From contig OZ024753.1 of the NCBI GenBank assembly GCA_964016885.1, positions 24,180,001-24,244,000 on the forward strand: a stretch of DNA of 64,000 bases, written 5' to 3'. The notes under the pieces are model-generated. The model searched no databases and was not told the origin of the DNA. It saw only the letters and a program-made list of their open reading frames with translations. The translations under genes were made by a program, and so were the position numbers. Each line of letters begins with the position of its first letter. The stretch's first letter is position 1. Below, piece after piece: positions 1 through 13,620 of this stretch. Origin of the DNA: Eledone cirrhosa (taxonomy: Eukaryota).

Positions 1-434
1 TCGTTATGTCTGTGTTATGTTCTGTGTATTGTAATGTCTCTTGTTATGACTGTGTTGCGTTGCGTGTATTGTAATGTCTGTTGTTATGTCTGTGTTGTAT
101 TTAATGTAATGTCTGTTCTTATGGATGTGTTGTATGTATTGTAATGTATGTTGTTATGTCTGTGTTGTGTGTAATGTAATGTCTGTGTTGTGTTGCATGT
201 ATTGTAATGTCTATTGTTACGGCTTTGTTGTGTTGAGTGTATTATAATGTCTGTTGTTATGTCTGTTTTGTGTGTATTTTTATGTCTTTTGTTATGTCTG
301 TGTAGTGTTGTGTGTATTTTAATGTCTGTTGTTATGTCTCTGTTGTGTTGTATGTACTGTAATGTCTGCTGTTATGTGTCTGTTGTGTTGTATGTATTGT
401 AATGTCGGTTGTTATGTCTGTGGTGTGTTGGGTG
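1..434. repeat. GT-rich minisatellite, degenerate unit of roughly 33-40 bp (ttgttatgtctgtgttgtgttgtatgtattgtaatgtctg-like)
   Basis: Recurring tgtaatgtctgttgttatgtctgtgttg units run up to the assembly gap. Confidence 0.85.
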
Positions 435-634
435 NNNNNNNNNNNNNNNNNNNNNNNNNNNNNNNNNNNNNNNNNNNNNNNNNNNNNNNNNNNNNNNNNN
501 NNNNNNNNNNNNNNNNNNNNNNNNNNNNNNNNNNNNNNNNNNNNNNNNNNNNNNNNNNNNNNNNNNNNNNNNNNNNNNNNNNNNNNNNNNNNNNNNNNNN
601 NNNNNNNNNNNNNNNNNNNNNNNNNNNNNNNNNN
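435..634. other. Assembly gap (200 N)
   Basis: Run of N. Confidence 0.99.
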
Positions 635-1498
635 TTATCTATACGGTGAAATCTTTGAAATAAATATATGTTAAAACGAAAAAGGAGAAAATAAATAACT
701 GGCGGTTAGAAAAAAATATTCCTATGAAATTTTAATCATACCATTAGGTGTGAATAAGGAAATATTTTTTTATTGTCAAAACAAATGTTCAAAAGTTAAA
801 CTCCAATTTTTTTTATTATTTCCAATTTTTTCATGAAATTGAACACTGGACATTGGCTGCTGGAAATGGAAATTAAATCGTATTTAATTGTATTTAAATT
901 TCTAACCTTATTTTATTATTTATATTTTTTCAATAAGAAATAAAAAAAAGCAACAAAAAAAATTGAAGAAAAAAATTGAACAAATCAAACGTAGGTTATG
1001 GAACTGCGCAATCTGATTAATAAATTACCTCATCAGCAGCAACCTTCTTCAAATGGTCCTTATTATCAGCAGTAACAACCACAAATTCAATGGCAACCTT
1101 CTTCAAACCACAAATTCAATGGCAACCTTCTTCAAATGGTGTCAAGTCAGAACCGCCTCGAACTGGTTACTTCTGGCTTGTGCAAGGTGTCTCTATAGCA
1201 ACCAGCGACTCCCTCGGCCTCAGTGACCAAAGTCAGTGGAGATGGGAAGGTAATGTTTCTATAGCGACAGTGTTTCTCTTGGTAGTACCAAAGTGGAGAA
1301 AGGAAGGGGAAGGTAATATTTCTGTAGCACGTGTTTTAGCGTCTATTCACTCTCTCTTTCTCATCTCTCCCTCCCGCTATCCCCCTCTCGTAGTCTGTCT
1401 CTTTCTTTCACTCTCACTCTCTCTCTACGCACGTGTTTCCACTGTCGGACAGACAGACAGAGAAATTGCTGGTTATATATATAAGTAGACTAGCAATT

Positions 1499-1924
1499 TC
1501 TAAAGTGCAATGCTATGGAATAGCTTATAAAATGGGGTAATGACCCTTAGAGACGAAAAAAAACATTTTCCCAGCGACCGCAGCGTGCTCTAGCCATTGA
1601 TATGGTGTTTCTTTACATTGCAGTTATTTTCCGCACGTGAGCATCCTATATTTTCTTTAAACTTTATCATCTCCGCTCTTCGTATGTTCGAAAGTGCGAG
1701 CTTCTCACGTGATGTTTGTTTACATTCTCAAAAGCTATTTGATTCAGCCCGTTAATTTAGACATTAAGATGTTGTCAGAGGTCCCTCAGCTCAATGATGA
1801 GATCCCTCATCCTATATCCGAGAGATACGAGTTTCGATTCCTCGTGGCTGCCGCTGTAAACTTCTTTGTCCGTCTCTAAGTGCCATTAACCTATTTTATA
1901 AGCTATTTTATAGCAATTGATTCT
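1499..1924. mobile_element. Putative MITE with ~45-bp imperfect subterminal inverted repeats
   Basis: gctatggaatagcttataaaatggggtaatgacccttagagacg (~1512-1555) is the near reverse complement of cgtctctaagtgccattaacctattttataagctattttatagc (~1871-1914). Direct repeat actagcaatt at 1489-1498 and 1925-1934 may be a TSD. Confidence 0.5.
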
Positions 1925-2015
1925 ACTAGCAATTATTTTCTTCGCTTCATTACCTACATCTTCTGTAAACTTCATTCTCTAAGCGCTTCGTAAGTTTGAG
2001 CTTAGCACACGATGT

Positions 2016-2110
<95 letters not shown>

Positions 2111-2381
2111 ATTGTCCTGTGTTCCCCCTTCTATCGGTATGTTTACTTCCTTTTTCCTTTTTATCTTCTTCCCTTTTTCTTTCTTCCTCTCTCTTCGCTA
2201 TCACTTCTTTCACTCATGGTCCTTTTGATAGATAAAAGGCCATGGGTGCGCTACGGATCGATGTTTTGTTTTTTAGTGCCAAAACATCCAGCTAAAGAAG
2301 GGAAACTTTTCATCTCTTGTTTGTGTCCCGATTACCTTCTAACACTTCGTTTTCAGTAACCACACAGCCTCGCCTCCTAAC

Positions 2382-2492
<111 letters not shown>

Positions 2493-3042
2493 GTTAATAA
2501 ACAATGAGTGGTATGATAAATAGAAATAAGGAAAAATACCCCACTCTTTTTTGTCGTATTGGTGTATTTTTTCCTGATTTTAATACCATACCTACCGCAT
2601 TTACCCAGTGACATTTCAATATAGATATTTACAAATGTAATTTGTCGCTGTAAAAACAGACTCAGTATCACTATATAATAAACTGGTTTCTTTGTTATCT
2701 ATTTTACATGTTTACAAACTTTACCTTATCTTCTATTGAAAGGTTTCTGCAGGTCGGTCATAAAATCACCGAAAACCTACTGTAAGGAATTAGCTTCTTA
2801 CGCATCAGTGGTATTTTTAATTAACAGATAACCCTCTACTCTATACTACCAGGAATAAATACTACATTATCTATCTTGATTTCAGGTTGGAAACATAGTT
2901 TACATAGTGTTTTGTTTTTTCTAAAATACAAAACAAATATTCGCTAGGGAAGAGGTATGGCTGTTTAAATATGTATATTACTAGTGTATTATTGGTATTG
3001 ATTTCATCAAATAATATATATATTGTGTTAGCTGATATTAAA

Positions 3043-3170
3043 GTGGTGAATTGGCAGAGTCGTTAGAATTCTTTGCGGTATTTGTTCCGGCTCTCTGCTC
3101 TCTGAGTTTAAATCCCACCAAGGTCGATTTGCCTTTGACACATTCGAGGTCGACAAAGAAAAGTACCAGT
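3043..3170 (+). mobile_element. tRNA-derived SINE fragment (Meta-domain-like)
   Basis: A-box-like ttggcagagtcg, B-box-like gagtttaaatccc, and core gcctttg...gaggtcgacaaag..agtaccag shared with other copies in the window. Confidence 0.7.
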
Positions 3171-3664
3171 CTCGTATTCTATATTTCTTTCTCACTTCCA
3201 TTCACTCGCTCCCTATCCTTCTCTGGACGAAATCTGTTGTATTCAGACCTGGAGAGGAGATTGTGCTCTGCCAGGTTTTAAAAATACCCTAGAATACGCC
3301 GTTTATTTATTTATATACTTATAACAGAAGAAAAATATTATATTATAAACAAATGTTAAACGACTAATAATCGTAAATACACTTACTATTAAGATATATA
3401 CTTAGAATATATTTCCCTCAAATTAACGTTATATGAGTTTTATTCATCCTCTCTTGTTTCTTTCTTCTTTCTCTCTCTCTAGCACTATTTTATCCTCTCC
3501 TCTTATCTCTTATCTCTTTCCATAGTCGTTTAAATAAACAGTTGTTTTTCAATTATTTACATATTCATTTGCATATTCACACATAAGTTTGAAAAATCCC
3601 TAATACATTTCCACTAGCCAGTGAATTTCCAACCGATAAGGTATGATTTTCATGGGTATGTATC

Positions 3665-3765
3665 TATTTATAAAACAAACTTTGTATTTTATCTGATGAA
3701 AGCGTATCAATGTGTCTTGGTACCCTTGAAATATATATAATAAAATAAATATGGTTTTATAAATA
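3665..3765 (+). ncRNA. Minimal type I hammerhead ribozyme (PLE-1 5' pLTR)
   Basis: Stem I tattttat/ataaaata; CTGATGA 3693-3699; stem II aagcgtatcaa/ttggtaccctt; GAAA 3728-3731; palindromic tatata; TA cleavage site; outer stem tatttataaaac/gttttataaata. Confidence 0.85.
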
Positions 3766-3938
3766 TTTATTTCCATTTATTTAATATCATTGAATATCCA
3801 CTCCAGTAAACTGTTGAGTGCTCTAAATCAGTTATAAACATTTATATTTGTTGGACTTCCAACAAATTAAATACCTCTTCTACTTATAAATAGCTCCTTT
3901 AATGTTGAGCACTTTAAATTATAACTGATTGCTAAATA

Positions 3939-6159
3939 ATGGAATTCTTTAGGATTTCTTCTTCTCTAAAAGATGTACCTTTACCTAAGAATAAGGACTA
4001 TCTTAAACAACTCATTGAGAAATCTGACTCCTTTATACGAAGACTTAGATGGCGTGCCTTCCATTTCGATAGAAAATCAGATGAAAAACCAAATAAATCC
4101 AGTTACAACTTCGATATGATCTTCAAATCCAAGAAAAATCCACCTAACAACAAACGATTAATTGAATTTGAAAATGAAATAATATCGATCATACAAAACA
4201 TCAAATTCAAGAAAAACCAATTTGTAGGCCAGGAATACCTTAAAGGCCTCAAGAATAATATAGACAATCTTGAAAAAACTGAGAAGATCCTCGTAAAATC
4301 TGACAAAACTAACAATCTATACGGAATGCAAAAGGACAAATACAATAACCTTATATTGAAAGAACTAAGGAAAAACTACAAAATAACAACTAATGAAGAT
4401 CTTGAAATGGTAAATAGAGAAGCTTCTGAAATAATTCACAAATTAGGTACCGAAAATAGGACCGAACACTTTATACCAAGAAGACCGAAAATTAACCTGA
4501 AAGATCACAAAAGAAACTTTGAAATAGAACTACCAGTCAGACTTATAGCACCATATAAATCAGACTTGGGGATAGTTAGTAAACATATATTAGATAGAAT
4601 CATACCGCAACTTAAAGAAATATCTTACTTAAAACTATGGAACGGTACTAACGAGGTTATAGATTGGTTCAATAACATAAAATTTAAACATAACAAAAAA
4701 TTCATACAAATGGATATTGCAAACTACTACTCCTCTATTACTCCTAGTTTACTTAATAAAGCTCTTGTCTATGCATCTAAAGATACAGATTTATCTAGCG
4801 AAGAAATTCATATTATTTTAACTGCACAGAAACATTAATTGAATTCAACAATCATCTCTGGACAAGAGCCGATAGAAAAAATAATTTTGATATCACCATG
4901 GGATCATCTGACTCGGCGCAAATAACCGATCTTGTGGGGCTATTTATTAATAATACACTGCATAGAAAAATACCAGAGATGACCGGTGGTTTTTATCGTG
5001 ATGATATGCTGCTTTTAATTGAAAATCATAGTAATTGTGAAATTAATAAGAAAAGAAAATCCATAATACAATTCTTCAATAGCTACAACCTTAAGTTAGA
5101 AATAGAGAATAACTATAAAATTGTTAACCTTTTAGACGTAACATTAAACCTTAACACAAGGCTCCACTATCCATTCCATAAAATTAATGCGAATCTAAAC
5201 TATGTAAGTTTCAACTCTAATCATCCTAGATCTATCAAGAACACTATCGTCAATTCTGTCCAACAACGGATTTCACGCATCTTCGCTAATAAAAACATTT
5301 TTGACGATAAGGCAGAATATTATAATGAAGCTTTAAATAGAGCAGGGTATATAAATAAGATTAAATACATCGACAACAGTAATAAGGCAAATAACCCTAC
5401 TATTAATTGTAATAATAATAATAAAAAATTTAACTTAAACTCTAAAACTAACAGAAGAACTAGAACTAAAAATATTATTTGGTATTCACCCCCATTCTCA
5501 TTAAGCGTAAAAACACCTTTAAAGCACTAGATAAATGTTTTCCTAAAGCCCACAGGTACCACTCAATCTTTAACAGACATACTATAAAACTATCCTACTC
5601 TACTACTATGAACATAGCACAAAATATAAATAGAATTAATAATAGGAATTTAAACCCTAACCAAAATAACCAAAATAGCAGTAATATCTCTAGCAATATC
5701 CAACATAATAGTACCGTTCCGAACAACAACAAATGTAACTGTAGAATTAAATCAAACTGCCCTTTACAAAATAAGTGTTTAGATAAAAACGTCTATAAAT
5801 GTACAGTTAAAACTAGTGATAATATATTTAACTATGTCGGTGCAACTTCTACAGAATTTAAAAGTCGCTGGAATAATCACAAATGCACTTTCCGAAGATT
5901 TGATAAAACATCTTCAACTTCTCTTTCAAACCTGATATGGAACTTAAAAGGCAAGAGTATGGACTATTCATTAACTTGGGAAATAGTTTCAAAAGCACCC
6001 GCGTACCGAAACACAGCTTTATCTAGATTCTGCAAATTGTGTATTGAGGACATTTTTTTCATACTTAAATGTAACAACTCTATTAATCTAAGAGCGAATT
6101 TATTTAATTCTTGTAGACATCGCCTGAATTCAACATTCAGAACTATATATAACTTATAA
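3939..6159 (+). pseudogene. PLE-1 reverse transcriptase / GIY-YIG endonuclease ORF, frameshifted
   Basis: Motifs SLKDVPLP...FIRRLRWRAF, QMDIANYYSSI, MGSSDSA, YRDD, LLDVTLNL, NHP, CNCR..CPL..KC, YKC..YVGAT..FKSRW..H and CKLC. Frameshifts near 4835 and 5520. Confidence 0.93.
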
Positions 6160-7098
6160 ATTATACTTATAATATTTCTACTTATTTCCATAACAATCTC
6201 ATCCACTTGGTTTTAATATATTGATATCTCTAAATCATAATATATATAACTTTTGCTATAATTCCACCTCTTAAAATTTCATAAAATATATACGTATGTA
6301 ATTCTAACTTTTTAAAAAATTTTTATTTTAATTTTAATTTTAATTTTAATTTTAATTTTAATTTTAATTTTAATAATTTTTTATTTCTTTATTTTTTTTT
6401 TTATTTCTTAAATTATTTTTTTAAAAGATTTCTCTAATTTTTTAATATTTTTTAATACTGTATCAATATTTTTTCAATACTGTATCAATATTTTTCAATA
6501 GATTTATAACCACTAACTGATTCTGGGTAAATGTATCTTTGAACATCTATACTTATTTTAACTAAATAGTCTCACACTAACGAATAAATAAATTAAACCG
6601 GAGTTTTTTTTATATTCCCATTTTAATTTAATTCAACTTAATATTTATTTACATTAAATGCAAAACCAATATCCCTCATAACTCACTAGAAGAATTATCT
6701 ATAACATGATATACCCATCTATTTATTTATTTATTTATTTATGTATTTATTTATTCATGTATTTATTTATCTACTTATAACAGAAGAAAAATATTATATT
6801 ATAAACAAATTTTAAACAACTAATAATCGTAAATACTAGACTATATTTCCCTCAAATTAACGTTATATGAGTTTTATTCATCTTCTCTTGTTTCTTTCTT
6901 CTTTCTCTCTCTCTAGCACTATTTTATCCTCTCCTCTTATCTCTTCTCTCTTTCTATAGTCGTTTAAACAAACGGTTGTTTTTCAATTATTTACATATTC
7001 ATTTACATATACACACGTAAGTTTGAAAAATCCCCGATATATTTCCACTATCCAGTGAATTTCCAACCGATAAGGTATGATTTTCATGGGTATGTATC

Positions 7099-7199
7099 TA
7101 TTTATAAAACAAACTTTGTATTTTATCTGATGAAAGCGTATCAATGTGTCTTGGTACCCTTGAAATATATATAATAAAATAAATATGGTTTTATAAATA
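7099..7199 (+). ncRNA. Minimal type I hammerhead ribozyme (PLE-1 3' pLTR)
   Basis: Same sequence as the 5' copy: CTGATGA 7127-7133, GAAA 7162-7165. Confidence 0.85.
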
Positions 7200-7315
7200 T
7201 AGTTTCCATTTATTTAATATCATTGAATATCTACTCCAGTAAACTGTTGAGTGCTCTAAACCAGTTATAAACATTTATATTTGTTGGACTTCCAACAAAT
7301 TAAATACCCCTTCTA

Positions 7316-7380
<65 letters not shown>

Positions 7381-7597
7381 AGAGAGAGAGAATATTTACG
7401 TATCGAGAGAGAGAAGGAGGGATAGGTGATACATGTAGTTATTTGCCAATAGAGAATGCAAAGGATGCTCAATACTAGTGCCGGCAGTGTCAAATATTAG
7501 AAGTGTTAATATCTAGTGGGCGAAAGAATTAGCAGAGCGTAAGCACGTGGAGAAATAAATATACGAGAACAAACCGTTAAAACATGTTTATTTAAAA

Positions 7598-7642
7598 TAG
7601 CACCTACGTACGTTTCACTCGAATGGGCTTCTCAAGGTCATA
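7598..7642 (-). ncRNA. Hammerhead ribozyme, U3-A8 core variant
   Basis: Minus strand: acc-TTGAGAA-gcccattcgagt-GAAA-cgtacg-TA-ggt. Confidence 0.6.
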
Positions 7643-8750
7643 AATAACTAAAAAGTGTTCCTTACATGGCTCGGAATGGGTTTTTAGAGATAAGTTCACG
7701 TCAGAGTTCATTCTTCGTAAAAAAACATGCATTGATTTTGCAGTAGGCCAAGGGAGATAACTCTGGCCGGTGTTAGGGCAGTTTCTTCCGGACATTATTT
7801 TTATCCGTTACCAGTATGTGGCTACTACCTTACCATTGTCGATACGCACATGGTCAGCTATTTGTTTCGAGACGTTTGTTTGCAGCGCCTTCCCACCTGG
7901 GTCGATTCATGCAGGGTCTGGGATGCATGGTTAGTTTCCGGATGTTTTTTGAAGCGCCTGCCCATCGGGGTGTTAAAACTTGGTGAAGGGAGACCCGGTT
8001 TACGGTTTCACTCCTCATTCTTATTCCATCTGGAGTAGGATATTTTTAAGCGGTGTGTACAGCTTATAGTCGTTTCAGCTCTGCTGTTGATGAGCTCGTG
8101 GGGTGCCGTTATGATGTGGTAGAGCTCCATGAGGCAAAGCTCGCACTTCCTCTAGATGTTGTACTGTGCAGCCCTGCCGACAATTTCCCAGTGCGTGGAG
8201 AAGCTGATGTTTGAGTCCTTTAATGCTGTGATGTAGTTCGCAAGCAAAGTAGAGTGTCATAGTTTCTTGTTTGCGAAAGAGTGGAGTTGTGTTCGAAATC
8301 TAATTTTGAACGGGCCAGACGTAGCCCCTATATAATGTTTAACGCTATTATGGCTAGTTACGGTGCACCTATATATAACCCTATCAGTCAAGAGTTCCCC
8401 CTAAGGGGGCAGCGTCCCATGTCGCTGCAGTTACAATTTCGGTCGCGGTCCCTTCTAGTTCCCATGGTAAGGCTATTATTATTGCTATCTACGTTGTTAC
8501 CTAAACTCCCACACCTGTCATTAGCACCATTATAACCCACTGCGTGCGGTGTGGTACCATTATTATTCCGCACGCAGCAGCGCCTTCCCTTGCCGCCAGG
8601 TGACTCGTGCGGGTCAGTTGCATATTCTCCAGTCATGTCGCGGTTATGTTGATTGCGTCTGTAGCGGCTGCTGCCAGCACTATTAGATGCTGCTAGGGAG
8701 TTGTTAAGGCCGATATTGTTGTTGTCAGGTGTAGGTGCGTTTAGTTATTT

Positions 8751-8795
8751 ATGCCCTTGAGAAGCCCATTCGGGCGAAACGTACATAGGTGCTAT
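8751..8795 (+). ncRNA. Hammerhead ribozyme, U3-A8 core variant
   Basis: ccc-TTGAGAA(8757-8763)-gccc attc gggc-GAAA(8776-8779)-cgtaca-TA-ggt. Confidence 0.6.
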
Positions 8796-8831
8796 TTTAA
8801 ATAAACATGTTTTAACGGTTTGTTCTCCTAT

Positions 8832-9006
<175 letters not shown>

Positions 9007-9108
9007 TGTGTTTGTGTGAGTATATGTAGGTGTGTATGTATGTATATATATATATATATGTGTGTGTGTATATATATATATGTGTGTGTGTATATATGTA
9101 TATAGATA

Positions 9109-11491
9109 TGTAGCGAAATCTGTCCACGCCTTTAACCTTGGGTGACACCTAAAGGTCAAACTGTAGGTCACCACCCTTTTGGTGTGAACAGGTTCATGCG
9201 TGGACTATCCCCTTAAAGTGGGAGACAGAAAGCGACATGTATATAAAGCCTATATTTTCCCACCTTAGGCACACAGAGATCGGTGCACCACGATACAGAC
9301 TAGCTATGTGAAAGATTCACCGCTACCTTCAGGTCCCAGAGGTCTACAGAAATACAGAGAGATCGGAACACCACGATACAGACAAGCTATGTAAAAGATT
9401 CACCGCTACCTTCAGGCCGCAGAGGTCTACAGACATACAGAGCGATCGGAGCAGTACGATATTACAAGCTATGTGAAAAATTCACCGCTATCTACAGGCC
9501 ACAGTCGTCTACAGTCAACTCAGACAATTCAGAGGTCTACAGAACATTACTTTCTTTCTCTCCTGGTCGCAGACTAAACCAGCCTCATGAACCAACAACA
9601 AAAATAACATCGTCAACCTTTGCAACTCGTGGTAATATGTTTATAGTTCTTTTTGACTGAAGTGAAGTAAACCTTTATATATAAACTAAATCGGTCATTC
9701 TTACACCTATTAATGTTACCTCATCTAACAACTTTGTTATAATTATCTTCTAACAACTAAAAACACCTTCGTTAAATTGGTGAACCCGACGTGACTTAAA
9801 AAAAAAACGAAGTAGTATTTAAAAAAAAAAGAAAACCACCCGCAGCCTTTTTGATCTGATCATGGCTTCTTTTGCCAATATCAACAACTTTCTCTCACCA
9901 AGCTTCTCATCTATATTCTACTATATGATAACACTTCACTTTTTCAAATTATTCACCAAATTTCCATTCTACGGAATATTTACAGTGACTTCGCTTTTAT
10001 GTTTCGATTCATTACCAAACACTTCACCACTTGCTTCGTAATCTCCAACAACAACAACAGACAATACTACTACTTCCTAGCAAGAAAACGAACACATAAA
10101 GAAGAGAAAACCGAACTTTTTTTAAAGAACAATTATATAAATGTTTTTTTTTTACAGGTTATATATGAACGTTCATTTTATTTTTATTTGTTTCACTATA
10201 TTATATGCCTTTATCAACATACACGTTTTGCATCAAACACATATCATTTTCTTTGTCACACACCAACATGTTTTTGGCTATGGTATATTCTGGATTCAGT
10301 TGGGTCTCAGTGAGATCACTTTTCAACTGGTCGAGGTATGGCAACAGCTATTAAACACATGAGAAACTCACCCACGGTTACTACTCGCTTTGACTCACTA
10401 AAGCACGCAACTCAAAATTGCACACACTCATGTCATAGCGTAAACCTCGACTCACTGGAAAAGCATCTTATGTATGATGATACATCGAGAGAAATAGTCC
10501 TCTGTGTTATCATATCGTAATCCGATACCGTAACCCCATCGAGATACAACGGGTCGAGGTACGGCAACAGCTATTAAACACATGATAATCAACCCATGGT
10601 TACTACTTGCTTGAACTCACTCAAGCACGCAACTCAAAATTGCACACACTCATGTCAGCGTAAACCTCGACTCACTGGAAAAGCATCTTATGTATGATGA
10701 TACATCGAGAGAAATAGTTCTCTCTTTTATCATACCGTAATCCGATACCGTAACCCCAACGTCCATCCCTCCATACACAACAGTTCGAAAAACATGGTCA
10801 CAACTTTGTATAGTTACAGTTTCTTCTAAATGTTACAGACACATACATACACAGTTATACGATTATTTTTTTTCTCTCTCCAAATTTCTCTGCAGTCGAA
10901 ATGCGGGCGCAGTAACCACATTTTGTGTGTTTTGGGACACGCTTCTGAAACCAGATTCCGCTACCCCTTTTATAATCGATCGCTGCTCCTGCATTGATCT
11001 GGGTAGGGAACTAATGTAATGCGTGGGCTATCCCCTCAAGGTGGGAGACAGAAAGCGTCAGGTATATAAAGCCTATATTTTCCCACCTTACATACAGAGA
11101 GATCGGAGCAACACGATACAGACAAGCTATGTGAAAGATTCACCGCTACCTTCAGGTCCCAGAGGTCTACAGACATACAGAGCGATCGGAGCAGTACGCT
11201 AATACAAGCTATGTGAAAGATTCGCTGCTATCTGCAGGCCACTGTCGTCTACAGTCAACTACAGACAATTCAGAGGTCTACAGACCATTATCTTCTTTCT
11301 CTCCTGGTCGCAGACTAAACCAGCCTCATGAACCAACAACAAAAATAACATTGTCAACCTTTGCAACTCGTGGTAATATGTTTATAGTTCTTTTTGACTG
11401 AAGTGAAGTAAACCTTTTTATATAAACTAAATCGGCCATTCTTGCTATTACATCTAATAATCGTGTTAATCCCATCCAACAACTTCTTACA
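9109..11491 (+). mobile_element. Non-autonomous LTR retroelement (Gypsy-type signals, non-coding internal region)
   Basis: 5' LTR starts TGTAG at 9109. PBS tggtgaacccgacgtga (9778-9794) resembles the tRNA-Trp PBS TGGTGACCCCGACGTGA. Purine tract gggtagggaa at 11001. 3' LTR 11015 (TGTAA) to 11491 (TTACA) is homologous to the 5' LTR. Confidence 0.8.
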
Positions 11492-11504
11492 TATACCATT
11501 CTTT

Positions 11505-12180
<676 letters not shown>

Positions 12181-12499
12181 ATTCCACCAACTTTTAAAAT
12201 GAAAATCGATAAGATTTTTACATTTATATTAACCGAAATAACAAAATTATTTTCGAAACCCTTCCAAAAATAACAATCTCATCTATCTATGACACGGACA
12301 AATATAAAGAAATCGAAATAAGAGTAAATAAATATGTAGAAAAAGTTGTATTTGAAATCACTATGATCCACTTCCCGGGGCAGTTGCCGAGGGAGTATCG
12401 TTACTATCTTCTTCATTCATTATCCTCCCTGTTTTGATTTTCTTCCTTTTCCTTCTGTTCTCGTACACCGTTCAGTGATTATATATATATATATATATA

Positions 12500-13383
12500 T
12501 ATATAACGAAGGAATTGTGGTAAGGAACCAGATGGACCATAACGCACCAGAGTACTCAATACTTAGGGTAGTAGCGTGGGTAATAGGAAAAAGTAAGATC
12601 CCGACGGCAGAGCTCAAGCCGTTTCGACGGCTATTTCTGGACTAAATTAGAATTTTTCGCCTGGTAAATAAATAGCCGAACTTGTCAAGGGGTACTTCTT
12701 TATATGGGAAGATTGTAGTTGTCAAGAGGATTGGTCAACATTTGTAGCCTAAGTACCACCACACCTGTAATTTTAAGATAGCATAAGCGGAATACGCTTT
12801 ACTAACTATTTATAGAAGCTGTGTTAGACCCCTGAAAAATTTGATTTATATTTTTTCACTACCCACTTCTATAATCTTTTATTTAGTATTTCCCATTCTC
12901 AACTTATTAACCTTTTCTATAGTTTTGGCCGTACAAGCAACACCTACTAATTATAGCAGCTGTCTCTAGACTCTTCTGTGTTTTTTTTAATTCATTTCTC
13001 ACTATCTCATTTTATATATATATTTTATATTTCTTTCTATTATTTTTATTGTCTCCTACTCTCATTTGACTTACCTATTCTATAACTTCCCTACTCCATT
13101 TTCTCCAGAACAATTTTTTGACTTTTCATACACCATCCTTAGAATCTGCTGTATAGATTTAACTTTCAACGCTTGACCGGCTCCACTCACTCACAAGTTC
13201 AGCCACCCCTACCTCCCACCAAATGCCATGATAGACTTATTTGTGTTTACAACAAATTTTGAACAATCCTCTTGACAACTACAATCTTCCCATATAAGGA
13301 AGTACCCCTTGACAAGTTCGGCTATTTATTTACCAGGCTAAAAATTCTAATTTAGTCCAGAAATACCCGTCGGGGTCTTACTT

Positions 13384-13388
<5 letters not shown>
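12500..13388 (-). mobile_element. Non-coding PLE-derived element with inverted HHR-bearing terminal repeats
   Basis: 12589-~12735 is the reverse complement of ~13262-13387. Flanked by (TA)n on both sides. No ORF. Confidence 0.7.
12592..12698 (-). ncRNA. Hammerhead ribozyme, U3-A8 variant with long stem II
   Basis: Minus strand: ccc-TTGACAA-g ttcggctattt...aaatagccg tc-GAAA-cggc ttgagctct gccg-TC-ggg. Confidence 0.7.
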
Positions 13389-13434
<46 letters not shown>

Positions 13435-13438
<4 letters not shown>

Positions 13439-13620
13439 TGAAAGATCGATGCTTTGGCTGCAGCCAAGCAAAGTCGACCTACAATTAGGAATGAGTAGCA
13501 AAGCACTCAATAAGGGTAGGTCCTTAGAGTAATGACATTACGTTTAGATAGCTTGACAAATTGAAAATTGCGGCATACAATACCAAAACAACGAAAAAAC
13601 TAATCAGGTATATATATAGT
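13435..13620 (-). mobile_element. Solo/degenerate PLE pLTR fragment
   Basis: Abuts (TA)n and carries the same bulged hairpin and terminal hairpin as other pLTRs. Decayed core-like CTGATTA...TAAA. Confidence 0.45.

Larger units (their letters stand above)
3302..7322 (+). mobile_element. Penelope-like retroelement PLE-1 (Naiad-type), near full length with direct pLTRs
   Basis: ~580-bp direct repeats (3302-3888 and ~6760-7322) flank an RT + GIY-YIG ORF. The element ends in (TA)n. Confidence 0.92.
7565..8827 (-). mobile_element. 5'-truncated Penelope-like element (GIY-YIG end) with inverted pLTR segments
   Basis: Minus strand ~8480-8030 reads CNCSDMGRCPLRG..VIYRCTV..HYIGATSGPFKIRF..WEIVGRA..CELC, with stops and a frameshift. 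88-bp inverted repeats at 7565-7652 and 8740-8827. Confidence 0.85.

Noticed and set aside
1090-1488. 132-aa ORF
   Set aside because: Built from short local duplications and CT-rich repeat sequence, with no domain signature.
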